Program-made: the position numbers and the translations under genes
Shown here: in pieces, positions 30,451-38,911 of the stretch
Numbering within the stretch: position 1 is the first letter of the stretch
Layout of the letters: every line of letters starts with the position of its first letter
The notes under the pieces: generated by a model
Told to the model about the DNA's origin: nothing
Seen by the model: only the letters and a program-made list of their open reading frames with translations
The model's database searches: none
Source of the DNA: Spirochaetia bacterium
GTDB lineage: Bacteria > Spirochaetota > Spirochaetia > SZUA-6 > Bin103
Assembly (NCBI GenBank): GCA_965199955.1
Contig: CBDATQ010000001.1
Location: 416,001 to 480,000, forward strand
Length of the DNA stretch: 64,000 nucleotides
Direction of reading: 5' to 3'

Positions 30451-32124
30451 GGGTGCAGGTCTGAAACTGAGCGATTCTGGGGGGTTTGAGGCGGGTTTGA
30501 GCGGCAAACGCCGGGCGGGGTGACAAAGTGTCACGGAGCGTGGCGCTGGCGGCGGAGGTGATTTGGGCAGGAGAAGGGCAACGCTCCTCTGGGGTAGGGT
30601 TGACGGTAACCCTCCCGCAACCCTTGAACCGCCAGAGGAGCGAGCCCGATGACTGTCACACTATCGCATAGCTGCCAGCGTCCCGCCATGGGCAAGGATC
30701 GCGGATCGATCGATCAGATTATCTGCGAATTGAGCAACGACCTGCGCGTGCTCGGCGGGCGGGCGCAGGCGGAGCAAGAGTTCGAGAGCTTCGAGCGCGC
30801 CGTGCATGAGCGGTTCGTGGCCGCCGAGCACGCGGTGCTGGCCGACGAGTTGCAGCGACTGGACGTGGAGGTGCCCGAGGTGAGCATCGGCGGGCGCAGC
30901 CATCGTCGTGTGCTGCGGTGTACCGAGACGTATCTGAGCGCGGTCGGGCCGATCACCGTGCAGCGCACGTTGTACCGCGCCGCAAGCGAGCCTGCGGTGG
31001 TCGCCTTGGAGCTGAGGGCCGGGATCGTGGCCGGCTACTGGACGCCGCTGGCGGCGCGTCAGGCGAGCCTGCTGACGGCGCACCTGACGCCGCAGGAGTG
31101 TGCCGATGTGCTGCGCGAGTTGGGCAACATGAGTCCGTCCAGGAGCAGCCTGGACCGGCTGCCGAAGCACCTGAGCAGCCGCTGGGAGCAGGAGCGCGAA
31201 GGGTTCGAGGACGCGCTGCGTGCAGCCACGCAGGAGGTGCCTGCCGAGGCGGCCACGCTGGCGGTGTCGCTGGACGGGGTAATGGCGCCGATGAAGGATG
31301 GGGATCGGCAGGCCAAGCGAGCGGCAGCGCAGGCGGCGGGTCAAGCGACCAAGGGGCCGGCCGGGTTCCGGGAGGTCGGGTGCGGTACGGTGTCGTGCTA
31401 CGACGGCGACGGCCAGCGGCTGGGCACGTTGCGGATGGGGCGGATGCCGGAGGCGAACAAGGCGACGTTGAAGCAGATGCTGAGCGAGGAGGTGGATGCG
31501 GCGTTGTCGCGACGGCCGGATCTGGAGGTGGTCAAGCTGGCCGACGGGGCGCGCGACAACTGGAGCTATCTGGACGAGCTGGCGCCGCAGGCAGCCAGCA
31601 GCGTGAGGCTGGTGGACTTCTTCCATGCCGCCGAGCAACTGCGAGCGGCCGTCGATGCCGCGTACGGCGAGAACGACCCGCGGGGACGAACCCAGTACGA
31701 GAAGCATCTGCACGTGTTGCGCCACGATCATGACGGCGTGGAGAAGGTCATCCGGTCGTTGCGGTATCTGCGAGACAGGTACCCGCGGCGCAAGCGGATC
31801 GGCCAGGTGCTCGGCTACTTTCGGCGCAACCGCAAGCGGATGGACTACGCGCGGGCGGCCGAGCGCGGACTGTCGATCGGCTCCGGGGTGGTGGAAGCGG
31901 CGTGCAAGACGCTGGTCACCGAGCGCATGAAGCGATCCGGGATGCGCTGGCGGGAGGCCGGTGGGCAAGCGATCCTGACGCTTCGAGGATGGGCGCAAAG
32001 CGACCGCTTCGCGGCAGCGTGGTCACTACTGTCGGCAACCTATCGAGCCGAAATCTCGCTCCCCGATCAGATCGAGTCCGTCTACGGTCATGCCGCCTGA
32101 CTCGTCAGTTCGAGACCTACACCC
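30451..32124 (+). mobile_element. Insertion sequence, Mutator-like (ISKra4/ISLre2-related), ~1.67 kb
   Basis: Imperfect terminal IRs GGGTGCAGGTCTGAAACTGA (30451) and reverse-complement GGGTGTAGGTCTCGAACTGA (ending 32124) enclosing a transposase; no target-site duplication visible. Confidence 0.85.
30649..32100 (+). CDS. DDE transposase (UPF0236/ISKra4-like)
   Basis: SLDGV, LADGA..NW, DFFHA, IGSGVVEAACK, RMKRSGMRW. Confidence 0.92.
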   Translation: MTVTLSHSCQRPAMGKDRGSIDQIICELSNDLRVLGGRAQAEQEFESFERAVHERFVAAEHAVLADELQRLDVEVPEVSIGGRSHRRVLRCTETYLSAVGPITVQRTLYRAASEPAVVALELRAGIVAGYWTPLAARQASLLTAHLTPQECADVLRELGNMSPSRSSLDRLPKHLSSRWEQEREGFEDALRAATQEVPAEAATLAVSLDGVMAPMKDGDRQAKRAAAQAAGQATKGPAGFREVGCGTVSCYDGDGQRLGTLRMGRMPEANKATLKQMLSEEVDAALSRRPDLEVVKLADGARDNWSYLDELAPQAASSVRLVDFFHAAEQLRAAVDAAYGENDPRGRTQYEKHLHVLRHDHDGVEKVIRSLRYLRDRYPRRKRIGQVLGYFRRNRKRMDYARAAERGLSIGSGVVEAACKTLVTERMKRSGMRWREAGGQAILTLRGWAQSDRFAAAWSLLSATYRAEISLPDQIESVYGHAA

Positions 32125-32301
32125 AATACAATGAGGCCATGACCGCGCGTTTTGGCCCCGGCTTTCGCCCAAACCGGTATCATGGTGGTTCGTGGTGTCA
32201 TGATGAGGCGCGGCTTGGTATCGACACGCGGGACTTTTTTCATGATTCCCTTGTCTACGGCGCCTACGGCAGGAAACTACCGGGATGCGACCTACTCCTA
32301 A
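32125..32301 (+). pseudogene. Orphan 3' end of a paralog of the lipoprotein's low-GC domain; inverted repeat of 33030..33202
   Basis: YNEAMTARFGPGFRPNRYHGGSWCHD-EARLGIDTRDFFHDSLVYGAYG(+1 nt)NYRDATYS*, starting exactly at the IS end. Confidence 0.85.
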
Positions 32302-32309
32302 ACGAACGA

Positions 32310-32380
32310 TTGCGCGTGCCATTGATGGCGTGCGCGAATAGGATTGTAATGCGCGCGTTTGCTGCGCATTACATCCTATT
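32310..32380. terminator. Two adjacent hairpins between convergent gene ends
   Basis: TGCGCGTGCCAT-TG-ATGGCGTGCGCG and AATAGGATTGTAATGCGC...GCGCATTACATCCTATT (17-bp stem, one bulged T). Confidence 0.6.
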
Positions 32381-32843
32381 GGTCCGCTTGGTCTGTTTGC
32401 TCAAACAATCCGTCGACCGGTGCGGCTGCCGAGCCGGTCGGGCGGTACGGTTCGCATACTGGGCAATAACCGCGGGGCAGCGGTCCGTCATGTACCTGTG
32501 GGTAGAACGCAAACAGGATTCCGCACGTTGCGCGGACGTTTTCTTCCGGGTGGCCAAAATGGGCGTAGGCGCACGCTTGCGCGCAATGCGCCGCTACCTG
32601 AATCGTACCCGGCCAGGGTCCGTTCCAACCGGGGGGCGGTTCTGGCTTCGGCTCGGGTAAGTCAATCCAGTCCTGAAAGTCCTGGTCGGTCACGCCGGGA
32701 CACCTGTCCGCCACCGGGGCCGGGGCCACGCGCACTTCAAAGCGAAGCGTCGCCTCATTGCCGTCGGCATCCTCGACGCGGTACGTCATCGCGTGGGTAC
32801 CTTCGGCCGTCGCGGTCGGTGTGCCGCCCACTATGCGTGTGAT

Positions 32844-33014
32844 CGGATCGAACGTCAGCCCCGCGACCACGGGGACCAGCGTGTACGCCAGGGTGCCGTT
32901 GCCGCCGGTCGCTTCGGGTAGCACCAGCGTCCCGATCGGCTCGCCGACCGCGTAGTCCTGGTCCGCCACTGCGCCGGTGAACCGCGGCGATGTATCGGGC
33001 GGATCGGGTGTCGG
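32844..33014 (-). repeat. 171-bp direct repeat (Ig-like He_PIG-type domain), copy 1; copy 2 at 33952..34122
   Basis: Both encode PTPDPPDTSPRFTGAVADQDYAVGEPIGTLVLP...TLAYTLVPVVAGLTFDP; 5 mismatches by eye. Confidence 0.92.
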
Positions 33015-33677
33015 CTCGTCCGCCGCCTCGTAGGTCGCCTCCCGGTAGTTCCCGCCGTAGGCGCCGTAGACAAGGGAATCACGAAAAAAGCTCATCGTGG
33101 CGATACCACGCCGCGCCTCCGGATCCTGACACCACGAAGCAGCATGCCACCGGTTTGGGTGAACGCCGGGGCCAAAACGCGCGGTCATGGCCTCATTGTA
33201 TTCGTCAGCGTAGAACACCTTGGTGTCATAGTCGTTAGCCACCCCCGTGCACCAACGAAATCGAAAGCTATCCGGGGGCATTACATGAGGCGGAAAGACT
33301 GCGTATGGATAAACAAACAATCTATTTGAATTGGCACGAACCTCCGTAAAAGTTTCCCACGATCGGTAGGTAGCAATCGACGGAAGGCAGGACTCAACAT
33401 CGGGCGTCGGCACAGGGGTCGTGCGGCAAGTACCGAAGTACGAATGCCACAAGGTCCCGTTGTGCAGGTAAAATTGTTGTCGATATCTCCAAAACTGAAG
33501 GTTGCGAAACTCTTCGCTGCTATTCTTAGCTCCTTCTCTTATTCTATCTTCAACAGATGCTTTAACCTCTGAAGGAAATGTGACTAACGGGTTATACATT
33601 TTCAACCGAACGTCGCAACTGTTGATAATCTCTATCTCGAAACCTATGTTACTAAGTGTGCTGGCAGCGGATCTGAT

Positions 33678-33715
33678 AAAAATGCGCTTTGGAGTGAAAA
33701 ATGCGCTTTGGAGTG
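33678..33715. repeat. Perfect 19-bp tandem duplication AAAAATGCGCTTTGGAGTG x2
   Basis: Read directly; causes the frameshift between ORFs 33652..34500 and 32376..33605. Confidence 0.95.
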
Positions 33716-33807
33716 ATGGTCAAGCACTGAGCGATGCAATCACCAACGGCCGCCGCGCTATCCCGATCCATGCACGGCAAGTCCGCACCTGGCAGCGGGG
33801 TTGGACC

Positions 33808-33838
33808 CGGATCGGGTGTCGGCTCGTCCGCCGCCTCG
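33808..33838 (-). repeat. 31-bp perfect direct repeat (EAADEPTPDP linker), partner at 33000..33030
   Basis: CGGATCGGGTGTCGGCTCGTCCGCCGCCTCG at both positions. Confidence 0.92.
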
Positions 33839-33951
33839 ATCGTGATGGAGAACGTAACGATGTCCGCATCGCCGTCTTCGTCCCGCACGGTGTAGCTCAT
33901 CAAGTAGGCGCCGGGCGCGGCGGTAGGCGATCCGGTGATCGTCCGGGTTGC

Positions 33952-34122
33952 CGGATCGAACGTCAGCCCCGCGACCACGGGGACCAGCGTGTACGCCAGG
34001 GTGCCGTCGCCGCCGCTCGCCACGGGCAGCACCAGCGTCCCGATCGGCTCGCCGACCGCGTAGTCCTGGTCCGCCACTGCGCCGGTGAACCGCGGCGATG
34101 TATCGGGCGGATCGGGTGTCGG
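33952..34122 (-). repeat. 171-bp direct repeat (Ig-like domain), copy 2
   Basis: Near-identical to 32844..33014. Confidence 0.92.
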
Positions 34123-34546
34123 GTCTGGTTCCGGGTCGGGCTTGGTCTGCGGACCCGGGCATCCGTCAAGCGATGCCGTAACCGATGCCGGCAGTTCCGA
34201 AATCGATGAGAACGTCATCAATTCGGTTTGATCGGTTATGACAACTGTGACAAGGAGCTCACCAGACGACGACAATACAATGCGCTCGAGTAAACTGCCC
34301 TCGAGTACAGGCCAGGTACGTCCTCGTCCTGCTTCAAAACGCTGATAACACACGCCATTTTGAGTGTATATAATTCTGATGTGCGAAGAACTAACAATTA
34401 GATAGTAATTATAGCCTTGCGGAACCGCGCCAAGTAACGTGCCGTGCGTCAGCCGCCACGTTCCTTCAATCCTCGGGTCGGGCGTCGGGTTATCTTCCAA
34501 TCAGGGAACCGATCCTCGTACCCGATATGCGCAGGGCAACCGCGAA

Positions 34547-34850
34547 CGCCGCTCAGGTCGACGCCGCTCAGGTCCGCCCCGCTCAGGTCGACGCCGCTCA
34601 GATTGGTGCCGTTCAGGTTGGCGGCGGGCAACCCCGATGAGCTGGCGTCGTTCAGGCTCGCGTTGCTCAGATTCGCGCCGCTGAGGTTCGTGTTGCTGAG
34701 ATTCGCGCCATGGAAGCGCGCCAAGCTCAGGTCGGCGCCCCTCAGGTTCGCCCCGCTCAGGTTCGTCCCGCTCAGGTTCGCCCCAGCAAACGTGCAATCC
34801 TGTAGATTCAGATTGCGCAGGTCTTTGCCAGCCAAGTTCGCTCCAGCGGA
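34547..34850 (-). repeat. Pentapeptide-repeat coding region (15-bp periodicity)
   Basis: GANLSGTNLSGANLRGADLS...GVDLSGADLSGVDLS. Confidence 0.92.
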
Positions 34851-34987
34851 GTCGCAGTATTGGACCTCGGGAGTTATATTTGTATCGGGCGGCGGCTGAC
34901 TCGGGCCTTCATCGCATCCGATCAACAACGCCACCAGCGACGCGACAACGATACTCGCAGCCAACGACTTGGCAGGAAGCGTATGGT

Positions 34988-35551
34988 TCATGGTTCTCCT
35001 CCTATTTGGCGGGCACTTCGGGACGGCGGGGTATACCGAATTCCGAATGACAACAAGCCGATCTGAGCGCCCAAGCCGCCGGTGGTCGTTGCGGCCATCG
35101 CTATCGACAGGTTGTACGGTTCCAGAACGAGCGACGCCCCTCCGCTGAATTGAACGGCGTCGGAAATGAGCGCGGCTCCGGCGCGAAGCTCGACGAAGTC
35201 GGCGGGCCGGTATTCGGCGCCGACGCCTGCGTGCAGCGTTGGCCATGCCGCCAAGGTGTCGCCGAACCGGTAATGGAATTCGCCGGAGATCGTCACGTCG
35301 TCCACGGCTCGGTACGCCGCACCAATCCGGGCGGACGGAACGAGCGGCTGCGGAAGCCTCGACTTCAGGTCGGCCGGCGCCTCGTCGAACGGCCGCTCGT
35401 CACGGTCGCCGGTGTCACTGCCGGACAATCCGAGCGATCTGACGCTCGCCGAGGGAAGCTGCGCCGAGGTCCGAGGGGAAGCCGCGAGCAGCGTTGCGAC
35501 AGCGATCAGTGCCACTGTCAGGATTGCTAGGGAGCGCTTGGGTGAAGCCAT
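34988..35551 (-). CDS. Secreted outer-membrane beta-barrel-like protein, probably internally deleted
   Basis: Signal peptide, SASVRSLGLSG start, alternating beta-strands (ARIGAAY, HAGVGAEY, VELRAG); unusually short; stop overlaps the lipoprotein ATG. Confidence 0.5.
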   Translation of the reverse strand: MASPKRSLAILTVALIAVATLLAASPRTSAQLPSASVRSLGLSGSDTGDRDERPFDEAPADLKSRLPQPLVPSARIGAAYRAVDDVTISGEFHYRFGDTLAAWPTLHAGVGAEYRPADFVELRAGAALISDAVQFSGGASLVLEPYNLSIAMAATTTGGLGAQIGLLSFGIRYTPPSRSARQIGGEP

Positions 35552-35643
35552 GCCTGCGAAGAGGCGCATCTTTGAATTTTGAATTATAGCACGGCGGCCG
35601 GGCACCATCAACCACGCATTTGGGGTACGGAGCGCCTTGCCTG

Positions 35644-35673
35644 TTGACCGGGGTGGACGGGTGCGCGTAAGGT
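35644..35673 (+). promoter_or_regulatory. Putative sigma70-type trp promoter (TTGACC-18 bp-TAAGGT)
   Basis: Hexamers located just upstream of the leader-peptide ATG at 35683. Confidence 0.55.
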
Positions 35674-35682
35674 AACGCGAAG

Positions 35683-35757
35683 ATGACCGATCGCAACGAC
35701 ATCTCGACGATCGATTCGACGCGCGACGTGCGCGCGTGGTGGTGGCCGGTGGTGTAA
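35683..35757 (+). CDS. trpL: trp operon leader peptide MTDRNDISTIDSTRDVRAWWWPVV
   Basis: 24-codon ORF with three tandem TGG codons directly upstream of a terminator and trpE. Confidence 0.88.
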   Translation: MTDRNDISTIDSTRDVRAWWWPVV

Positions 35758-35855
35758 CCGGAACCACGCACCATGTCGCACGGCGGCCAAGCCGCATGTC
35801 GACACGTGCTGAAGCCGCAGGTTCCGGTGCTCGTACCGGGTCCTGCGGCTTTTTG
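35757..35855 (+). terminator. trp attenuator (antiterminator/terminator)
   Basis: Terminator AAGCCGCAGG...CCTGCGGCTT followed by TTT (35812-35854); ACCGGAACC (35757-35765) is complementary to GGTTCCGGT (35820-35828) within the terminator 5' arm. Confidence 0.82.
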
Positions 35856-35885
35856 TATTTACGGAGGAAGGAGCTGCAGAAGACA

Positions 35886-37265
35886 GTGACGAAGACGATC
35901 TCGGCCGAGCGATTCACGCCGGTGACGCTGGCCAGGAAGCTGGACGCGCGCGTGCTGCTGGAGTCGGCCTCCTTCATGAAGGGGCGCGAGCGCTACTCCA
36001 TCCTGCTGGTGCGGGAGGCGTTCTGCGTGCGCGAGACCGACGCGGGCGTGGTGCTGGTCCGGGACGGGACGGAAACGCGCCTGCCGGACCCCGAGCACGA
36101 CATACTGGACGTGCTGCGCTCGTTTGCGGCCGAGCACTCGGGCTCGGCGTTCGACTTTCCGTTCCCGGCCGGCGGCATCGGCTTCCTGAGCTACGAGTAC
36201 GCATCGCGCTTCGACACCGTGCGCCTGCAGGAGCGCCCCGACGTGCTGGGCCTGCCGCACGCCGCCTTCCTGTTCGGCCACCTGTTCGCGGTGTTCGACC
36301 ACTACGTCGACTCGGTGACCCTGCTCGGCATCAACTACGACGGGTACGAGATCGACCTGGACGCCGCCATCGGCGCAGCCATGGCCCGGATCGACGACAT
36401 GGACTTCAACTTCATGGCGCCTCAACGCCATCAGGGCACGGCCGAGGTGGTGGACTCGGGGGACCCGCCGCGCTTCATGGCCGGGGTCAGGGAGGTCCGG
36501 GAGGAGATCATCGCCGGCAACCTCCTGCAGGGCGTGCTGTCGCGCCGGCTGGCGGTGCGCACCGGCCTGCCGGCGCTGGAGGCGTACCGCAACCTGCGCC
36601 ACACCAATCCCTCGCCTTACATGTTCTACCTGCGCTACGACGGCTTCGAGCTGTTCGGGGCCTCGCCGGAGGTGCACGTGCGCTGCCGGCAGGGCCGCGC
36701 CATCCTGCGCCCGATCGCCGGCACGCGGCGGCGCGGGGCGGACCGGGCCGAGGACGCCGCGTTGGAGGCGGAACTGCTCGGCGACGAGAAGGAGCTGGCC
36801 GAGCACCTGATGCTGGTCGACCTTGGGCGCAACGACCTGGGCCGGGTGTGCGTCCCCGGCTCGGTCGAGGTGACGGAGCTCAACGTCATCGAGCACTACT
36901 CGCACGTCATGCACATCGTCTCCCAGGTCGAGGGAAACCTGTTCCCGGACTGCGACGGCATCGACGCGCTGCGCGCCACCTTCCCCGCCGGCACCGTGTC
37001 CGGCGCGCCGAAGATCCGCGCCATGGAGGTGATCGACCGCCTGGAGGCCGCGCCGCGCAGCTTCTACGCCGGGGTCGTCGGCTACGTCGAGCCGGACGGC
37101 TCCCTGGACACCTGCATCGCCATCCGCTGCGGGCTGAAGAAGGACGGGGTGATGGTGCTGCAGGCCGGCGCCGGAGTGGTCTTCGACTCGTCGCCGGAGC
37201 GGGAGCTGGAGGAGACCGACGAAAAACTGCGGGCGCTCGTCAGGGCGCTGGGAGTGGAGCTCTGA
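35886..37265 (+). CDS. trpE: Anthranilate synthase component I
   Basis: LLES, NPSPYMF, GASPE, PIAGT, EHLMLVDLGRND, TFPAGTVSGAPK; start may instead be CTG at 35874. Confidence 0.96.
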   Translation: MTKTISAERFTPVTLARKLDARVLLESASFMKGRERYSILLVREAFCVRETDAGVVLVRDGTETRLPDPEHDILDVLRSFAAEHSGSAFDFPFPAGGIGFLSYEYASRFDTVRLQERPDVLGLPHAAFLFGHLFAVFDHYVDSVTLLGINYDGYEIDLDAAIGAAMARIDDMDFNFMAPQRHQGTAEVVDSGDPPRFMAGVREVREEIIAGNLLQGVLSRRLAVRTGLPALEAYRNLRHTNPSPYMFYLRYDGFELFGASPEVHVRCRQGRAILRPIAGTRRRGADRAEDAALEAELLGDEKELAEHLMLVDLGRNDLGRVCVPGSVEVTELNVIEHYSHVMHIVSQVEGNLFPDCDGIDALRATFPAGTVSGAPKIRAMEVIDRLEAAPRSFYAGVVGYVEPDGSLDTCIAIRCGLKKDGVMVLQAGAGVVFDSSPERELEETDEKLRALVRALGVEL

Positions 37266-38911
37266 TGTACGTCCTGATCGACAACTACGACTCGTTTACC
37301 TACAACCTGTTCCAGTATCTGTCGGAGATCACCGACCAGGAGATCCGCGTGTTCCGCAACGACCGGATCGACGCGGACGGGATCGCGGCGCTTGCGCCTG
37401 ACGGGATCATCATCTCGCCCGGCCCGGGCCGGCCGGAGGAGGCCGGCGTCAGCGTGGAGGCGATCCGGCGGTTCGCCGGCAAGATCCCGATCCTGGGGGT
37501 CTGCCTGGGACACCAGGCGATCGGCGCCGCCTTCGGAGGGAGCATCGTCCAGGCGAAGGCGATCGTACACGGCAAGACCGATGCGATAACCTCGGACGGG
37601 CGCGGCGTGTTCCGCGGCATACCGTCGCCGGCGGTGTTCACTCGCTATCATTCGCTGGTGATCGACCCGGAGACGGTGCCGGACGGATTCACGGTGACCG
37701 CGCGATCCGCGGATGGCGAGATCATGGGCATCCGGCATGAACGGTACGTCGTGGAGGGCGTGCAGTTTCACCCGGAATCGATCGCGTCCGCATCCGGGAG
37801 GAGACTGTTGGCGAACTTTCTGAACTACAAGCGCGAACCGCTGGACGTGCCGGGGCTGCTGAACACAGTGGCGGCCGGCACCGACCTGACGCAGGAGCAG
37901 GCCGCCGCGTTCATGGAGGAGCTGACCGACGGCAACCTCAACGCGGCGCAGATCGCCGGCTTTCTGGTGGCGCTGAACGCCAAGGGCTACACGGCGGCGG
38001 AGATCGCCGGCTGCGTGTCGGTCCTGCGGCGCAAGAAGACGCCGCTGGAGGTGTCGGGCGACTTCCTGGACACCTGCGGTACCGGCGGGGCCGGCATCGG
38101 CAGCTTCAACATCTCGTCGATGGCGGCGCTGGTGGCCTGCACGGCCGGCGCCCGGGTGGCCAAGCACGGCAACCGGTCGTTCACCCGCAAGAGCGGCAGC
38201 GCCGACTTCTACGCGGCGCTGGGCGTCCGCTCCGACCTCAGCCCGGCGGCAACCGCCGAGCTCCTGACCACGACCGGATTCGCGTTCCTGTTCGCGCCCA
38301 CCTATCACGGCTCGATGCGCCACGCCGCTCCGGTGCGGCAGGAACTGGGCATCAAGACCGTGATGAACCTGCTGGGGCCGCTGGCGAATCCCGCCGGCGC
38401 CGCCTGCCAGGTGATCGGCGTCTACGACGGCGCGCTCTGCCGGGTGGTGGCGGAGGCGGCGCGGTTGCTGGGCGTGCGGCGGGTGATGACCGTGCACGGT
38501 GACGACGGCGGGGACGAGATCTCGGTGACCGGCCCCACGAGTGCGGTGCTCATCGACGAGTCGGGCGAGGCGACCGATCTCCGGCTGACGCCGGACGAGC
38601 TGGGCGTCGGCCGCCACGAGATCGGCGCGGTCGCCGGCGGCACGCCGGAGGAGAACGTGGCGGAGGCGCGCGAGTTGATGGCCGGCGGCGGGCGGCCGGC
38701 GCTGCGTGACGCGATCGCCGTCAACGCCGGCGCCGCGCTGCACGTGTGCGGGCTGGCCGGCGACATACGCGCCGGCACGCAGACGGCGCTGCAGGCGCTG
38801 GCCTCCGGAGCGGTCGCGCGCAAGGTCGAGGAGATCACGGCGCTGGCGGCGACGCTGGCCGAGCGCGGCGCCGCCGGCCCTGCCGATCGAAGACGGGACG
38901 GGTCCGCGTGA
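37265..38911 (+). CDS. trpGD: Fused anthranilate synthase component II / anthranilate phosphoribosyltransferase (TrpG-TrpD)
   Basis: IDNYDSFTYN, GVCLGHQ, QFHPES followed by DTCGTGG, KHGNR, NLLGPLANP. Confidence 0.95.
   Translation: MYVLIDNYDSFTYNLFQYLSEITDQEIRVFRNDRIDADGIAALAPDGIIISPGPGRPEEAGVSVEAIRRFAGKIPILGVCLGHQAIGAAFGGSIVQAKAIVHGKTDAITSDGRGVFRGIPSPAVFTRYHSLVIDPETVPDGFTVTARSADGEIMGIRHERYVVEGVQFHPESIASASGRRLLANFLNYKREPLDVPGLLNTVAAGTDLTQEQAAAFMEELTDGNLNAAQIAGFLVALNAKGYTAAEIAGCVSVLRRKKTPLEVSGDFLDTCGTGGAGIGSFNISSMAALVACTAGARVAKHGNRSFTRKSGSADFYAALGVRSDLSPAATAELLTTTGFAFLFAPTYHGSMRHAAPVRQELGIKTVMNLLGPLANPAGAACQVIGVYDGALCRVVAEAARLLGVRRVMTVHGDDGGDEISVTGPTSAVLIDESGEATDLRLTPDELGVGRHEIGAVAGGTPEENVAEARELMAGGGRPALRDAIAVNAGAALHVCGLAGDIRAGTQTALQALASGAVARKVEEITALAATLAERGAAGPADRRRDGSA

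Larger units (their letters stand above)
32376..34991 (-). pseudogene. Mosaic multidomain lipoprotein (lipobox, pentapeptide repeats, low-GC domain, Ig, low-GC domain, Ig, Cys-rich C-terminus), interrupted twice
   Basis: RBS AGGAGG, ATG 34991, LLIGC lipobox. One missing base near 34499 joins RFPD to xEDNPTPDP; removing one copy of the 19-bp duplication at 33678-33715 joins TPKRIF to IRSAASTLSNIGFEIEIINSCDVRLKMYNP. Confidence 0.8.

Noticed and set aside
32295..32380. Integron attC site
   Set aside because: Palindromic, but lacks RYYYAAC/GTTRRRY ends and no integrase is nearby
32125..33202. Complete DGR (TR/VR pair) within the window
   Set aside because: Neither copy has adenines at most variable positions, and no reverse transcriptase or Avd gene is present; kept only as a trans-acting hypothesis
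33502..34209. 235-aa plus-strand ORF in the island
   Set aside because: Antisense to the reconstructed lipoprotein; no domain features
34547..34850. CRISPR array
   Set aside because: The 15-bp periodicity is in-frame pentapeptide-repeat coding sequence with no unique spacers
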